Shown here: positions 1 through 7,652 of the stretch, piece by piece
How the letters are laid out: every line of letters starts with the position of its first letter
Position numbering within the stretch: the first letter of the stretch is position 1
Assembly (NCBI RefSeq): GCF_000017845.1
Contig: NC_010546.1
Location: 1,680,001-1,712,000, forward strand
Origin: Crocosphaera subtropica ATCC 51142
Lineage (GTDB): Bacteria; Cyanobacteriota; Cyanobacteriia; Cyanobacteriales; Microcystaceae
Direction: 5' to 3'
Length of the DNA: 32,000 nucleotides
Notes under the pieces: generated by a model
The model's database searches: none
Told to the model about the DNA's origin: nothing
The model's input: only the letters and a program-made list of their open reading frames with translations
Made by a program: the position numbers and the translations under genes

Positions 1-269
1 TAGTAATTCCTACAACTGTCGGGTTTTCTCTGCTTCCCTATGTCTCTATTGCCATTACTCAAGGTAGTGTGGCCGGGGTGTCTTGTTATGCCATTGGACA
101 AGTGACCAAACGTTATTTAGCCAATGGGGCTGCCTGGGGACCAGAAGGACCAAAAACGGTAGTTAAACGTATTTTACTATCTTTAGACAAGACTTCTATC
201 TTAAATCGTATTAAGTGGGAATTGGGGGCTAAGTTAAAAAGAGATAAGGATTTTAACGTTATGGGATAA
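1..269 (+). CDS. 3' end of a CDS that enters from upstream of the window; C-terminal segment of a conserved hypothetical protein, possibly the DUF697-type membrane-associated domain of GTPase-like proteins
   Basis: Frame 3 is open from nt 3 to the TAA at 267-269 (VIPTTVGFSLLPYVSIAITQGSVAGVSCYAIGQVTKRYLANGAAWGPEGPK...). The listed 69..269 ORF is only its tail. The family guess is from memory of the hydrophobic G-rich segment followed by a WG..GPK motif. Confidence 0.45.
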   Translation, partial: VIPTTVGFSLLPYVSIAITQGSVAGVSCYAIGQVTKRYLANGAAWGPEGPKTVVKRILLSLDKTSILNRIKWELGAKLKRDKDFNVMG

Positions 270-663
270 GAGATATATCAATCCTATTTTTGCAAAGTTA
301 ATGAGCGAATTGTGAAATGCTTCTAGAAGAGAAAAACCTTTACAATATTAGATAGACTGACATGTTCCACCAGAAGAAATAAATTTAATAATCAATTGCG
401 TACAGTTGGTTTAAATCAGTAATTTTTACCATAATTATCTAACCAGCAAATTTGTTTTATACTTTCTATCTTAACATCATCAATATTTTTGAAGTTAATA
501 GTATTAAGCCTCTACAGTAATATTAAATCCCTAAAATAACTGAACATTGGTAAAGTTAACTAATTTTGTCTAATGTTAACTTTGACATATTGTCTTTTGA
601 CAAACCTTAAAATCTTTGTCATATTGCTTATTCGATAATAGTTTTAATAATTCAGTCAAACCT

Positions 664-792
664 ATGAAATTTGGTGTGAAGAGAGGATACTGCTGGTTGA
701 TTACAGCAGTCAGTTTAATCTGTCTAGATACTTTGTTGTCTTCGGTTAAAGCAGAGATAAGTCAGGGACAACTTAAAGCTGTTAAATCTTAA
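664..792 (+). CDS. Possible 42-aa small secreted/membrane peptide (MKFGVKRGYCWLITAVSLICLDTLLSSVKAEISQGQLKAVKS)
   Basis: ATG-initiated ORF with a signal-peptide-like hydrophobic core. It lies between two copies of a TTGACA..TTGTCTTTTGA repeat. There is no clear SD sequence and no homology evidence. Confidence 0.2.
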   Translation: MKFGVKRGYCWLITAVSLICLDTLLSSVKAEISQGQLKAVKS

Positions 793-809
793 ATAAAGAT
801 AAAACAATT

Positions 810-850
810 TTGAGACAAAATTGAGACAAGTTTGACAAGTTGTCTTTTGA
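810..850 (+). promoter_or_regulatory. Three phased direct repeats (TTGAGACAA / TTGAGACAA / TTGACAAGT, 11-nt spacing) followed by TTGTCTTTTGA; candidate transcription-factor site or promoter for the PEP-CTERM gene
   Basis: Read directly: ttgagacaaaattgagacaagtttgacaagttgtcttttga, 55-95 nt upstream of the ATG at 905. A near-identical 20-mer (tttgacatattgtcttttga) occurs at 581..600. Confidence 0.3.
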
Positions 851-904
851 TTTCTTAGAACGCTTGTGTTAGCTTAAAGTCGAAATTTTCTTAATTGTAA
901 TTCC

Positions 905-1648
905 ATGAAACATCAAAACATTCACTTTTCATTTTTGACTAGGACTGTCAGTTATCTCAGTTTAACTTTTGCAACAACTTTGGCATTAGTAACAGGAATA
1001 AACACAGAAGTTAAAGCTGCTAAAATAGAATTTGATGCTGATACTTATGCTTATTCTAACCCTAATACTTGTACCCCACAACTCGCACCTGATAATAAGT
1101 GTTTTGTTGAAGACGGGTTTAATGTAGAAGCATTTTCAGGTCGAGAGACTGGAAGTGATCCAGGACATTTTCACGAGGGAGGACATTTTCATGCGAGTAA
1201 TTCCTACGAAGCCCAACATTTTAGTAGTGTTGATCGACTGTTAGGCGTTTATTTAACTTTAGTTGGTGGAGGGATTTTTTCCTTAGAAAGTTTAGACTAT
1301 CAATTGAGAGATAATACTCGTGCTATTTCTGGTTATTCAACCGATAACACCAAAATTTTAATTAGCACTACTTTTGATCCGACTCAACCCGTTTTAGGAC
1401 AGTTTACGGAGTTTTCTCTTGGTAATGAATTGGATTTACCATTTCAAACCTTATACTTAACAGAGTTCGATAATATTACTCAAGTTTATATTGCCAGTTC
1501 AGGAGACGTAAACTTTGATAATATTACCACCACTGAGATTCCTGAAGAGAACAACCCTAATTCTGTTCCTGAACCGGGTACTTTAGTGGGATTATTAACC
1601 CTGGGAACTATGGGTGTTTGTTTCAGACGAAAAGAAAGTCAAAGATAG
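905..1648 (+). CDS. PEP-CTERM sorting-domain protein (secreted, exosortase substrate) with N-terminal signal peptide and a His-rich HFHEGGHFH motif
   Basis: The C-terminus VPEPGTLVGLLTLGTMGVCFRRKESQR has the PEP motif, a TM helix and a basic tail. The N-terminal hydrophobic signal ends in ..EVKA. Confidence 0.75.
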   Translation: MKHQNIHFSFLTRTVSYLSLTFATTLALVTGINTEVKAAKIEFDADTYAYSNPNTCTPQLAPDNKCFVEDGFNVEAFSGRETGSDPGHFHEGGHFHASNSYEAQHFSSVDRLLGVYLTLVGGGIFSLESLDYQLRDNTRAISGYSTDNTKILISTTFDPTQPVLGQFTEFSLGNELDLPFQTLYLTEFDNITQVYIASSGDVNFDNITTTEIPEENNPNSVPEPGTLVGLLTLGTMGVCFRRKESQR

Positions 1649-1680
1649 AGAATTCATTACTACCTTTGACTTGAATAACA

Positions 1681-1735
1681 GTAATATAATGACAGTTTAA
1701 CAGCAATAGGGGTCAACGAATAATGTTGACTCTTA
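1681..1735. repeat. Copy 1 of a ~55-bp palindrome-containing intergenic repeat (gtaatataatSacagtttaacagcaRta..gtcaac..gttgactctta)
   Basis: By hand alignment it matches 2037..2088 at ~50/57 positions. It contains the inverted repeat ggtcaac/gttgac and lies just 3' of the PEP-CTERM gene. Confidence 0.7.
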
Positions 1736-1794
1736 TTGTTCTTTCAGATAGAGTCAATGTTATTAATCATTTTGAGAAATAAATTAGCTATTAC

Positions 1795-2001
1795 TTAACT
1801 GGTTTCTTCAAGTTCTTCAGAATAATTAAAAGGGTGTTTAAGAACAATTAAAATATCTCAATCAGAATCAATCTGTGCCTCTCCTCTTGCTTGAGAACCA
1901 TAGAGAATAATATAAGATAATTGGTCTTGGTAAATTTTTTTGACTTCTCTAGATCATTCTTCTAGGATAGTTTCAATTTGTGAGTTTAGTAAGGTAACCA
2001 T
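1795..2001 (-). pseudogene. Decayed MNT-type (Pol-beta superfamily) nucleotidyltransferase, antitoxin-like; two in-frame TGA codons and a truncated 3' end
   Basis: Hand translation of the minus strand from the ATG at 2001 gives MVTLLNSQIETILEE*SREVKKIYQDQLSYIILYGSQARGEAQIDSD*DILIVLKHPFNYSEELEETS*. The core LYGSxARGEAxxDSDxDILIVL is the nucleotidyltransferase G-S..D-x-D signature. The TGA codons are at 1954-1956 and 1858-1860. This locus is absent from the ORF track because every piece is under 60 aa. Confidence 0.65.
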
Positions 2002-2036
2002 CTTCGTTAATTTATTAATATTGATTAGTATTAAAC

Positions 2037-2088
2037 GTAATATAATCACAGTTTAACAGCAGTAAGAGTCAACAGTTGTTGACTCTTA
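2037..2088. repeat. Copy 2 of the palindrome-containing repeat; perfect 11-bp stem TAAGAGTCAAC-agtt-GTTGACTCTTA (2063..2088)
   Basis: Direct alignment with 1681..1735. It lies 26 nt 3' of the tldD stop. No U-tract follows, so it is not a canonical intrinsic terminator. Confidence 0.7.
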
Positions 2089-2113
2089 CAAATAATGATA
2101 ATGTTACCGAGAT

Positions 2114-3583
2114 TTAACGACCGCCAACAGTGATGTTATCCACTTTTAAATGAGGTTGACCAACCGTCACATAAATACTGCCACTGACGGAACCGCAGAA
2201 CCCTGGGGCCAGTCCTAAATCTTGAGAACACATTGATATTTCGTTCATAATATCTTTAGCCGTTCCAATCAAGGTTGCACCTTTTAACGGTTTCGTGACC
2301 TTGCCATTTTCGATTAAATAAGCTTCAGACACAGCGAAATTAAACTCACCAGTTGCGCCAACACTTCCCCCACCCATTTGCTTACAATAAATGCCTTTAT
2401 CCACCGAAGCAAAGAGATCATCGATAGAATAATTACCTTCCGCAATATAAGTATTACGCATCCGAGAGGCCGCAGCATAGGCATAACTTTGACGACGGCC
2501 ACTACCGGTGCGAGGATGGCCCGTACGCATAGAACCGGTGCGATCAGCGATAAAGTTCTTTAAAATACCATTTTCAATTAATAAGGTGCGTTGGGTAGGC
2601 ATTCCTTCATCATCCATATCAATGGTTCCAAAGGCTTTATCAGAACGGCCTTCGTCCCATGCGGTTAAGTTTTCATGGGCGATTTTTTCCCCTTTCTTAT
2701 CCATAAAAGGGGTGGTTTTGTGTTCTATTTGGGTGGTTTCTAAGAGATGGCCGCAAGCTTCGTGGAAAATGACTCCACCGAACTCATTAGCCATGATAAT
2801 GGGATAATTTCCAGACTCAACAAAGTCCGCATAAAGCATTTTTCCGGCAGACTCGGCTACCCCTTCGGCTGCGCTTTCATAGTCCCATTGACGTAAGAAA
2901 CCGGGGTCACTGGTATCTCCGAACCGTTTCCCAATAGAGGTGCGATGATCCCCATCTGCACAGAATAGGGAGTAACCCACCGACTGAGTGAGGCGAATAT
3001 CTCTAGCAAACGTACCATCACTGGCCGCCACTAATACTTCTTGCCAGTCCCTGAAATACATAGCCCGACGGGACTGGATATGGTTGGCTTTTTGTCCCAG
3101 TTTGCCATTGGCCTGTAGTAAGGTATGTCCCATCTCTTCGATAGAACTACATTGAGGTAGCCAAATCTCTTTATCTTTGGTTACTGCGTAATCTCTTAAT
3201 AATTCTAAGTTGGTTTCTGGGATATAAGCGTTAGGGGAGGGGAGGGTTAAATCTAAGATAGATAAGCCCTTTTCTAAGGCGGTTTTTAGCCCTTGAAACG
3301 AGAGGTCATTGGTACTGACATAGCAGTCCGCTTTGCCCTTAAAAATGCGAATTCCTGCCCCAGTGGATAAACGAGGGGAAATGCTGGTAATAGCGTCTTC
3401 TTCGGCTAAACAGCTAATATAGTTAACCCGTTCTAGGAAAAATTCTAAAAAGTCGGCCCCGGCTGCCCTTCCTAACCCTAAGAGGGTAGAGAGGGGATCT
3501 TGCCAACTCGCATCAAAGCGATCGCGACTAGACTCATAACTTAATTGAGGTAATTCTTTTGAGATTAACAAAGTTGCTGTCAT
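2114..3583 (-). CDS. tldD: TldD-family metalloprotease
   Basis: 489 aa with the HExxxH-type motif [10 protein letters not shown], a C-terminal G-rich region ([13 protein letters not shown]) and a typical TldD/PmbA length. Confidence 0.85.
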   Translation of the reverse strand: MTATLLISKELPQLSYESSRDRFDASWQDPLSTLLGLGRAAGADFLEFFLERVNYISCLAEEDAITSISPRLSTGAGIRIFKGKADCYVSTNDLSFQGLKTALEKGLSILDLTLPSPNAYIPETNLELLRDYAVTKDKEIWLPQCSSIEEMGHTLLQANGKLGQKANHIQSRRAMYFRDWQEVLVAASDGTFARDIRLTQSVGYSLFCADGDHRTSIGKRFGDTSDPGFLRQWDYESAAEGVAESAGKMLYADFVESGNYPIIMANEFGGVIFHEACGHLLETTQIEHKTTPFMDKKGEKIAHENLTAWDEGRSDKAFGTIDMDDEGMPTQRTLLIENGILKNFIADRTGSMRTGHPRTGSGRRQSYAYAAASRMRNTYIAEGNYSIDDLFASVDKGIYCKQMGGGSVGATGEFNFAVSEAYLIENGKVTKPLKGATLIGTAKDIMNEISMCSQDLGLAPGFCGSVSGSIYVTVGQPHLKVDNITVGGR

Positions 3584-3639
3584 AAGAGAGTTTCCTTAAC
3601 TGGGTTTCGATATCGTAGAGATTTGCTTTATTCTTTATT

Positions 3640-3888
3640 CTATCCTTTGTCATCGGTTAAATCAGAAGGGGGGCGATCGCTACTCCAGGCCCACCATGCT
3701 TGTTCACATTCACATAGATAAAATTCTTGCCATCTGCGGGCATAATCTTCGGTAATAACCGGGGCCCGTCGATTAATCCAGGCTTTTTGGGCTTTGTTGG
3801 CAGTAGAATGACAGCGAGGGCAGCAAAATTGTAACCCATGAACGGCTGTTTCTGTCCAATCAGGAGGAGAGGGACTAAAGGCATCCAT
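3640..3888 (-). CDS. Small Cys-rich conserved hypothetical protein (82 aa; CCPRC ... CEC), putative zinc-ribbon-like
   Basis: ORF lying 56 nt upstream of tldD on the same strand. It contains the Cys cluster C-C-x2-C and C-x-C and is Trp-rich (WWAW). It contains a HIP1 site. The overlapping 75-aa ORF in another frame is treated as a shadow. Confidence 0.5.
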   Translation of the reverse strand: MDAFSPSPPDWTETAVHGLQFCCPRCHSTANKAQKAWINRRAPVITEDYARRWQEFYLCECEQAWWAWSSDRPPSDLTDDKG

Positions 3889-3991
3889 TTTTATTCGTTT
3901 AAGGAGTAATGAGCTTTGTATTTTATCCTATCGTGAAGCACTCCAACTTTTCTGAAATTAATCGATGAAGCATTCTACTAGATAACTCAAT

Positions 3992-5545
3992 ATGTTAAAT
4001 CTATCCAAACCCGACCCTATTTACCTCGAAATCTTCAAAAATCTCTATCAATTTATAGCCGAACAAATGGGCATCACCCTACAAAATACGGCATCTTCAG
4101 TTAATATCAAAGAACGTCTAGACTTTTCTTGTGCTATCTTCGATCAACAAGGATTATTAGTAGCGAATGCCCCTCATATTCCTGTTCATTTAGGGAGTAT
4201 GAGTGAAAGCGTTAAAAGTTTAATTCAAGATGAGGGAAATAATCTAGAACCTGGGGATGTTTATCTATCCAATAATCCTTATAATGGGGGGACTCATTTA
4301 CCCGATGTAACGGCTATTACCCCTGTTTTTGATGATAATAATCAAACAATTTTGTTTTATGTTGCATCCAGAGGACATCAAGCAGATATTGGGGGAATTA
4401 CACCCGGTTCTATGCCCCCTCATTCCACCTCAATTTTAGAAGAAGGGATTTTGTTTGATAACTTTTTGTTGGTGCAAAAAGGAGAATTTAAGGAACAAGA
4501 ATTAAGAGAAATTTTATCTAATAACCCTTATCCAGCTAGAAATCCTGAACAAAATATTGCTGATTTTCAAGCACAAATTGCAGCTAATGAAAAAGGAGTT
4601 CAAGAACTTCATAAGATGGTCAATCAATATGGGCTAGAAACTGTACAAGCGTATATGAAATTTGTCCAAGAAAATGCAGAAGAATGTGTGAAAAAAGCTA
4701 TTGATGTATTAACTGATGGGGAATTCAGTTATCAGATGGATCAGGGGGCAGTGATCAAAGTTAAAGTAACAATTGATAACGAAAATCGTAGTGCAACTAT
4801 TGATTTTACAGGAACTTCTCAACAACTTAATAATAATTTTAATGCTCCCAAAGCAGTCACCCAGGCTGCTGTTTTATATGTGTTTCGTACTCTAGTTGAT
4901 GATAATATTCCCCTCAATGCAGGATGTCTTACACCTCTTCATTTAATCATTCCTGAAGGCTGTCTACTTAACCCCAACTACCCGGCTGCTGTGGTGGCTG
5001 GAAATGTTGAAACTTCTCAAGTGATTGTTGATGCTTTATACGGCGCTTTAGGAGTCTTAGCCGCTTCCCAAGGAACCATGAATAACTTTACCTTTGGTAA
5101 CGAAAAATATCAATATTATGAGACAATTTGCGGGGGATCAGGTGCAGGAATTAACTTCAATGGAACCGATGCTGTTCATACTCATATGACAAATTCTCGG
5201 TTGACTGATCCTGAAGTATTAGAATTTCGATATCCTGTCTTAGTAGAGGAATTTAAAATTAGGGAAAATAGTGGGGGAAATGGTCAATATTCTGGAGGAA
5301 ATGGTGTTATGAGAAACATCAAATTTCTAGAACCCATGACTGCTAATATTTTATCGGGACATCGGGTCATTCCCCCCTTTGGTTTAGCCGGGGGAGAAGC
5401 AGGAAAAGTTGGAAAAAATTGGATTAGACGTAAGGACGGAACAGAAACAATTTTGAACAGTACCGCCACAGTAGAAATGGAATGCGGTGATAATTTTATT
5501 ATTGAAACCCCTGGGGGTGGAGGGTTTGGAGAAGACGTTACTTAA
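3992..5545 (+). CDS. Hydantoinase B / 5-oxoprolinase B-type subunit (HyuB family), stand-alone
   Basis: 517 aa. The N-terminus DPIYLEIFKNLYQFIAEQMG..NIKERLDFSCAIFD..GLLVANAPHIPVHLGSM matches the HyuB signature. No HyuA-type ORF is adjacent. Confidence 0.8.
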   Translation: MLNLSKPDPIYLEIFKNLYQFIAEQMGITLQNTASSVNIKERLDFSCAIFDQQGLLVANAPHIPVHLGSMSESVKSLIQDEGNNLEPGDVYLSNNPYNGGTHLPDVTAITPVFDDNNQTILFYVASRGHQADIGGITPGSMPPHSTSILEEGILFDNFLLVQKGEFKEQELREILSNNPYPARNPEQNIADFQAQIAANEKGVQELHKMVNQYGLETVQAYMKFVQENAEECVKKAIDVLTDGEFSYQMDQGAVIKVKVTIDNENRSATIDFTGTSQQLNNNFNAPKAVTQAAVLYVFRTLVDDNIPLNAGCLTPLHLIIPEGCLLNPNYPAAVVAGNVETSQVIVDALYGALGVLAASQGTMNNFTFGNEKYQYYETICGGSGAGINFNGTDAVHTHMTNSRLTDPEVLEFRYPVLVEEFKIRENSGGNGQYSGGNGVMRNIKFLEPMTANILSGHRVIPPFGLAGGEAGKVGKNWIRRKDGTETILNSTATVEMECGDNFIIETPGGGGFGEDVT

Positions 5546-6518
5546 ATAATTCACATAATTCTATGGTTTTAATCTGTAAGGTTTCTAGAGGGTTATGACC
5601 TCGTTTCAAACGAGTTTCTAAATCTAGTAAAATAGGCAGAGTCGCTAATAAGCTTTGACTAGAAATTCCTTGCAATTCTTTGCGTAAAAAGTAAAGACGT
5701 TTAGGGTTAGGAATATCAGCAGCTTTGGCAATGATTTTATTATCGGTTTCTCCTGCTTCTAGTTGTAATTGAATAATCGTCCAAGTACGAAATTGACCGA
5801 CTAAGGTGGCAACAATTCTTAAAGCCGGTTCATTGCGAGATAATAACTCATCAATTAGTTGTAAGGCTTCTGCTTGATTTCCTTTGCAAATCGCTTCGGC
5901 TAATTGTAAACTATTCTGGGCATTGGCATTAACTAAAGTGGCAACAATTGTCTCATCTAACGGTTTATTCTCTTGTTGTGCATACAATTGTAATTTCTCT
6001 AATTCATTCCATAATTGTCTGCTATTATTGCCAACAGACGACCCTAATAATTTTACTGCATTAGGGGTTAATTTGACTCCTATTTCTTGAGCAACTTGTT
6101 TGACTTTATGGATTAATTCGTCAGTTTTCCAGGGAGGAATAGGAGAATATTCTCGAACCTCTGCGTATTGTTCGATTAATTTCGTAGATTTTAAGCGTTT
6201 ATCGGGTTTTTTGCTAGTGGTAAATAATAAATGGGAACTATCAGGAATAGCGGGCAAAATACGTTGTAATTGTGTTAAAATATCCTCTGAACACTGCTGG
6301 CAGATAGAAGTATTTACCACCCACACTAATCTACCACCCATGCCAAACACAGGGGTCATGGCTTGATTTAATGCGTCAATGGTACTGTTCGGGTCTTCTC
6401 CTGCAATTTGATGATAATTAAACTGTATCCAGTTGGGATCAAGAATGCTATTCCTCAAGGTTTGTACAGTTTGGGCGATCGCAAAATCATCTTCTCCCCA
6501 AAAGAAATAAATTCCCAT
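5538..6518 (-). CDS. holA: DNA polymerase III delta subunit
   Basis: ~326 aa. MGIYFFWGEDDFAI.. is a typical HolA start. I prefer the ATG at 6518 over the TTG at 6530 used by the ORF track. It overlaps the convergent hyuB 3' end by 8 nt. Confidence 0.7.
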   Translation of the reverse strand: MGIYFFWGEDDFAIAQTVQTLRNSILDPNWIQFNYHQIAGEDPNSTIDALNQAMTPVFGMGGRLVWVVNTSICQQCSEDILTQLQRILPAIPDSSHLLFTTSKKPDKRLKSTKLIEQYAEVREYSPIPPWKTDELIHKVKQVAQEIGVKLTPNAVKLLGSSVGNNSRQLWNELEKLQLYAQQENKPLDETIVATLVNANAQNSLQLAEAICKGNQAEALQLIDELLSRNEPALRIVATLVGQFRTWTIIQLQLEAGETDNKIIAKAADIPNPKRLYFLRKELQGISSQSLLATLPILLDLETRLKRGHNPLETLQIKTIELCELFK

Positions 6519-6608
6519 GGTCAAAGTCAATAAATCTTTATAAACAAATTAGACAAAATCAGGCAAAATGAAAAAATAAGTATTGCGACAGAATGAGAGG
6601 CGATTACG

Positions 6609-7382
6609 TTGGACGAAACCTATCAAATTTACGTCAACCGGGTAGCTTCCCTTACTTTACCCACCACTTATCAAAATCAACTTAAGAATATCCAAAAATC
6701 TCCTAAATTTCAAGAGAGACAACCTGTACCTTTTCCTGGTTATACTGTCCTAACTCCTCCCTATCAAGATGATCTTATCAATGAATCATTCTATCATCAG
6801 TTAACCCTAATTCAACAACAATTAATCAAAAAAATTGAGCCAAATTTTTTAATTCCTGTTCCCCCAGAAAGTTTTCATTTAACCCTTGCTGACTTAATTT
6901 GGGAAGGTAATTATCGCAATGCGGTTAAGGGAGATCAAGACTTTGATACTAAACTCAAAAAAGCCATTGCTGATAGTTTCAAAGCTTATCAAGAACTTGA
7001 CTTAAAAAAGGGTCGGTGTCAGTGGCAAATTATAGGATTATTAGTATTTCCTCGTGCTTTAGTAGTAGGATTAGTCCCTTGCAATGAATTATCCTATGAT
7101 AAAATTTTTCATTTAAGACGAAGTCTTTATCAAAATCAAGAGTTAATTAAATTAGGGGTCGAACAACAATATCACTTTACCGCCCATATTACCTTGGGAT
7201 ATTTTGATGAAATTCCTGATAACTTAGAGAAAAGTAGCTTAGAGTCTGTAATCCTATCTTTTAATGATCAATGGATAGAAAAAGATCCACAAATCCTAAA
7301 CATAGAAACAGTAGAACTCAGAAGATTTGAAAATATGACGCAATTTTTATCCAATCAAAGTAATCCAAAATTGAGGATTTAA
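6609..7382 (+). CDS. 2H-phosphoesterase superfamily protein (LigT/cyclic phosphodiesterase-like; possibly the cyanobacterial DUF1868 group)
   Basis: Two H-x-T-x motifs, each after a hydrophobic strand: SFHLTLADL and FTAHITLGYF, about 100 aa apart. The start is uncertain (TTG at 6609; no in-frame ATG nearby). Confidence 0.6.
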   Translation: MDETYQIYVNRVASLTLPTTYQNQLKNIQKSPKFQERQPVPFPGYTVLTPPYQDDLINESFYHQLTLIQQQLIKKIEPNFLIPVPPESFHLTLADLIWEGNYRNAVKGDQDFDTKLKKAIADSFKAYQELDLKKGRCQWQIIGLLVFPRALVVGLVPCNELSYDKIFHLRRSLYQNQELIKLGVEQQYHFTAHITLGYFDEIPDNLEKSSLESVILSFNDQWIEKDPQILNIETVELRRFENMTQFLSNQSNPKLRI

Positions 7383-7528
7383 AAAAGAAAAATAGCATTC
7401 ATTTAACTCTTTTCTATAGCGGCTAAAAAATCATTATTAACGAACTTGAAAAGCTATTAAATTAAGTTCCTATAAAACAGTAATTATAGCCTATCAACCT
7501 ATCTATATAAGAGGTCAGTAGGGTTATC

Positions 7529-7644
7529 TAACCTCAATTCGGGATAAGCTAAAACGTTAATAAAATCGTTGCCTAAAACACCCATTATTTCGTTGCATAT
7601 GCTCTAACTTCGACCTCTGAACTCCTAACTCTGAACTCAGGTTA
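7529..7644 (+). mobile_element. 116-bp MITE-like element, copy A (imperfect terminal inverted repeats TAACCTCAATTCGG / CTGAACTCAGGTTA, TA at both ends, internal 5x heptamer array)
   Basis: Colinear with 11495..11610 with no indels and only a handful of substitutions. The heptamer array ctaactt-cgacctc-tgaactc-ctaactc-tgaactc is at 7604..7638. The element ends 8 nt before the kinase ATG. Confidence 0.75.
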
Positions 7645-7652
7645 TCTATGTA

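Noticed and set aside
2314-2807. ORFs of 61-99 aa overlapping tldD in other frames or on the other strand (2314..2502, 2378..2563, 2508..2807)
   Set aside because: They lie entirely inside a well-supported 489-aa TldD gene and have low-complexity or odd composition. They are typical shadow ORFs.
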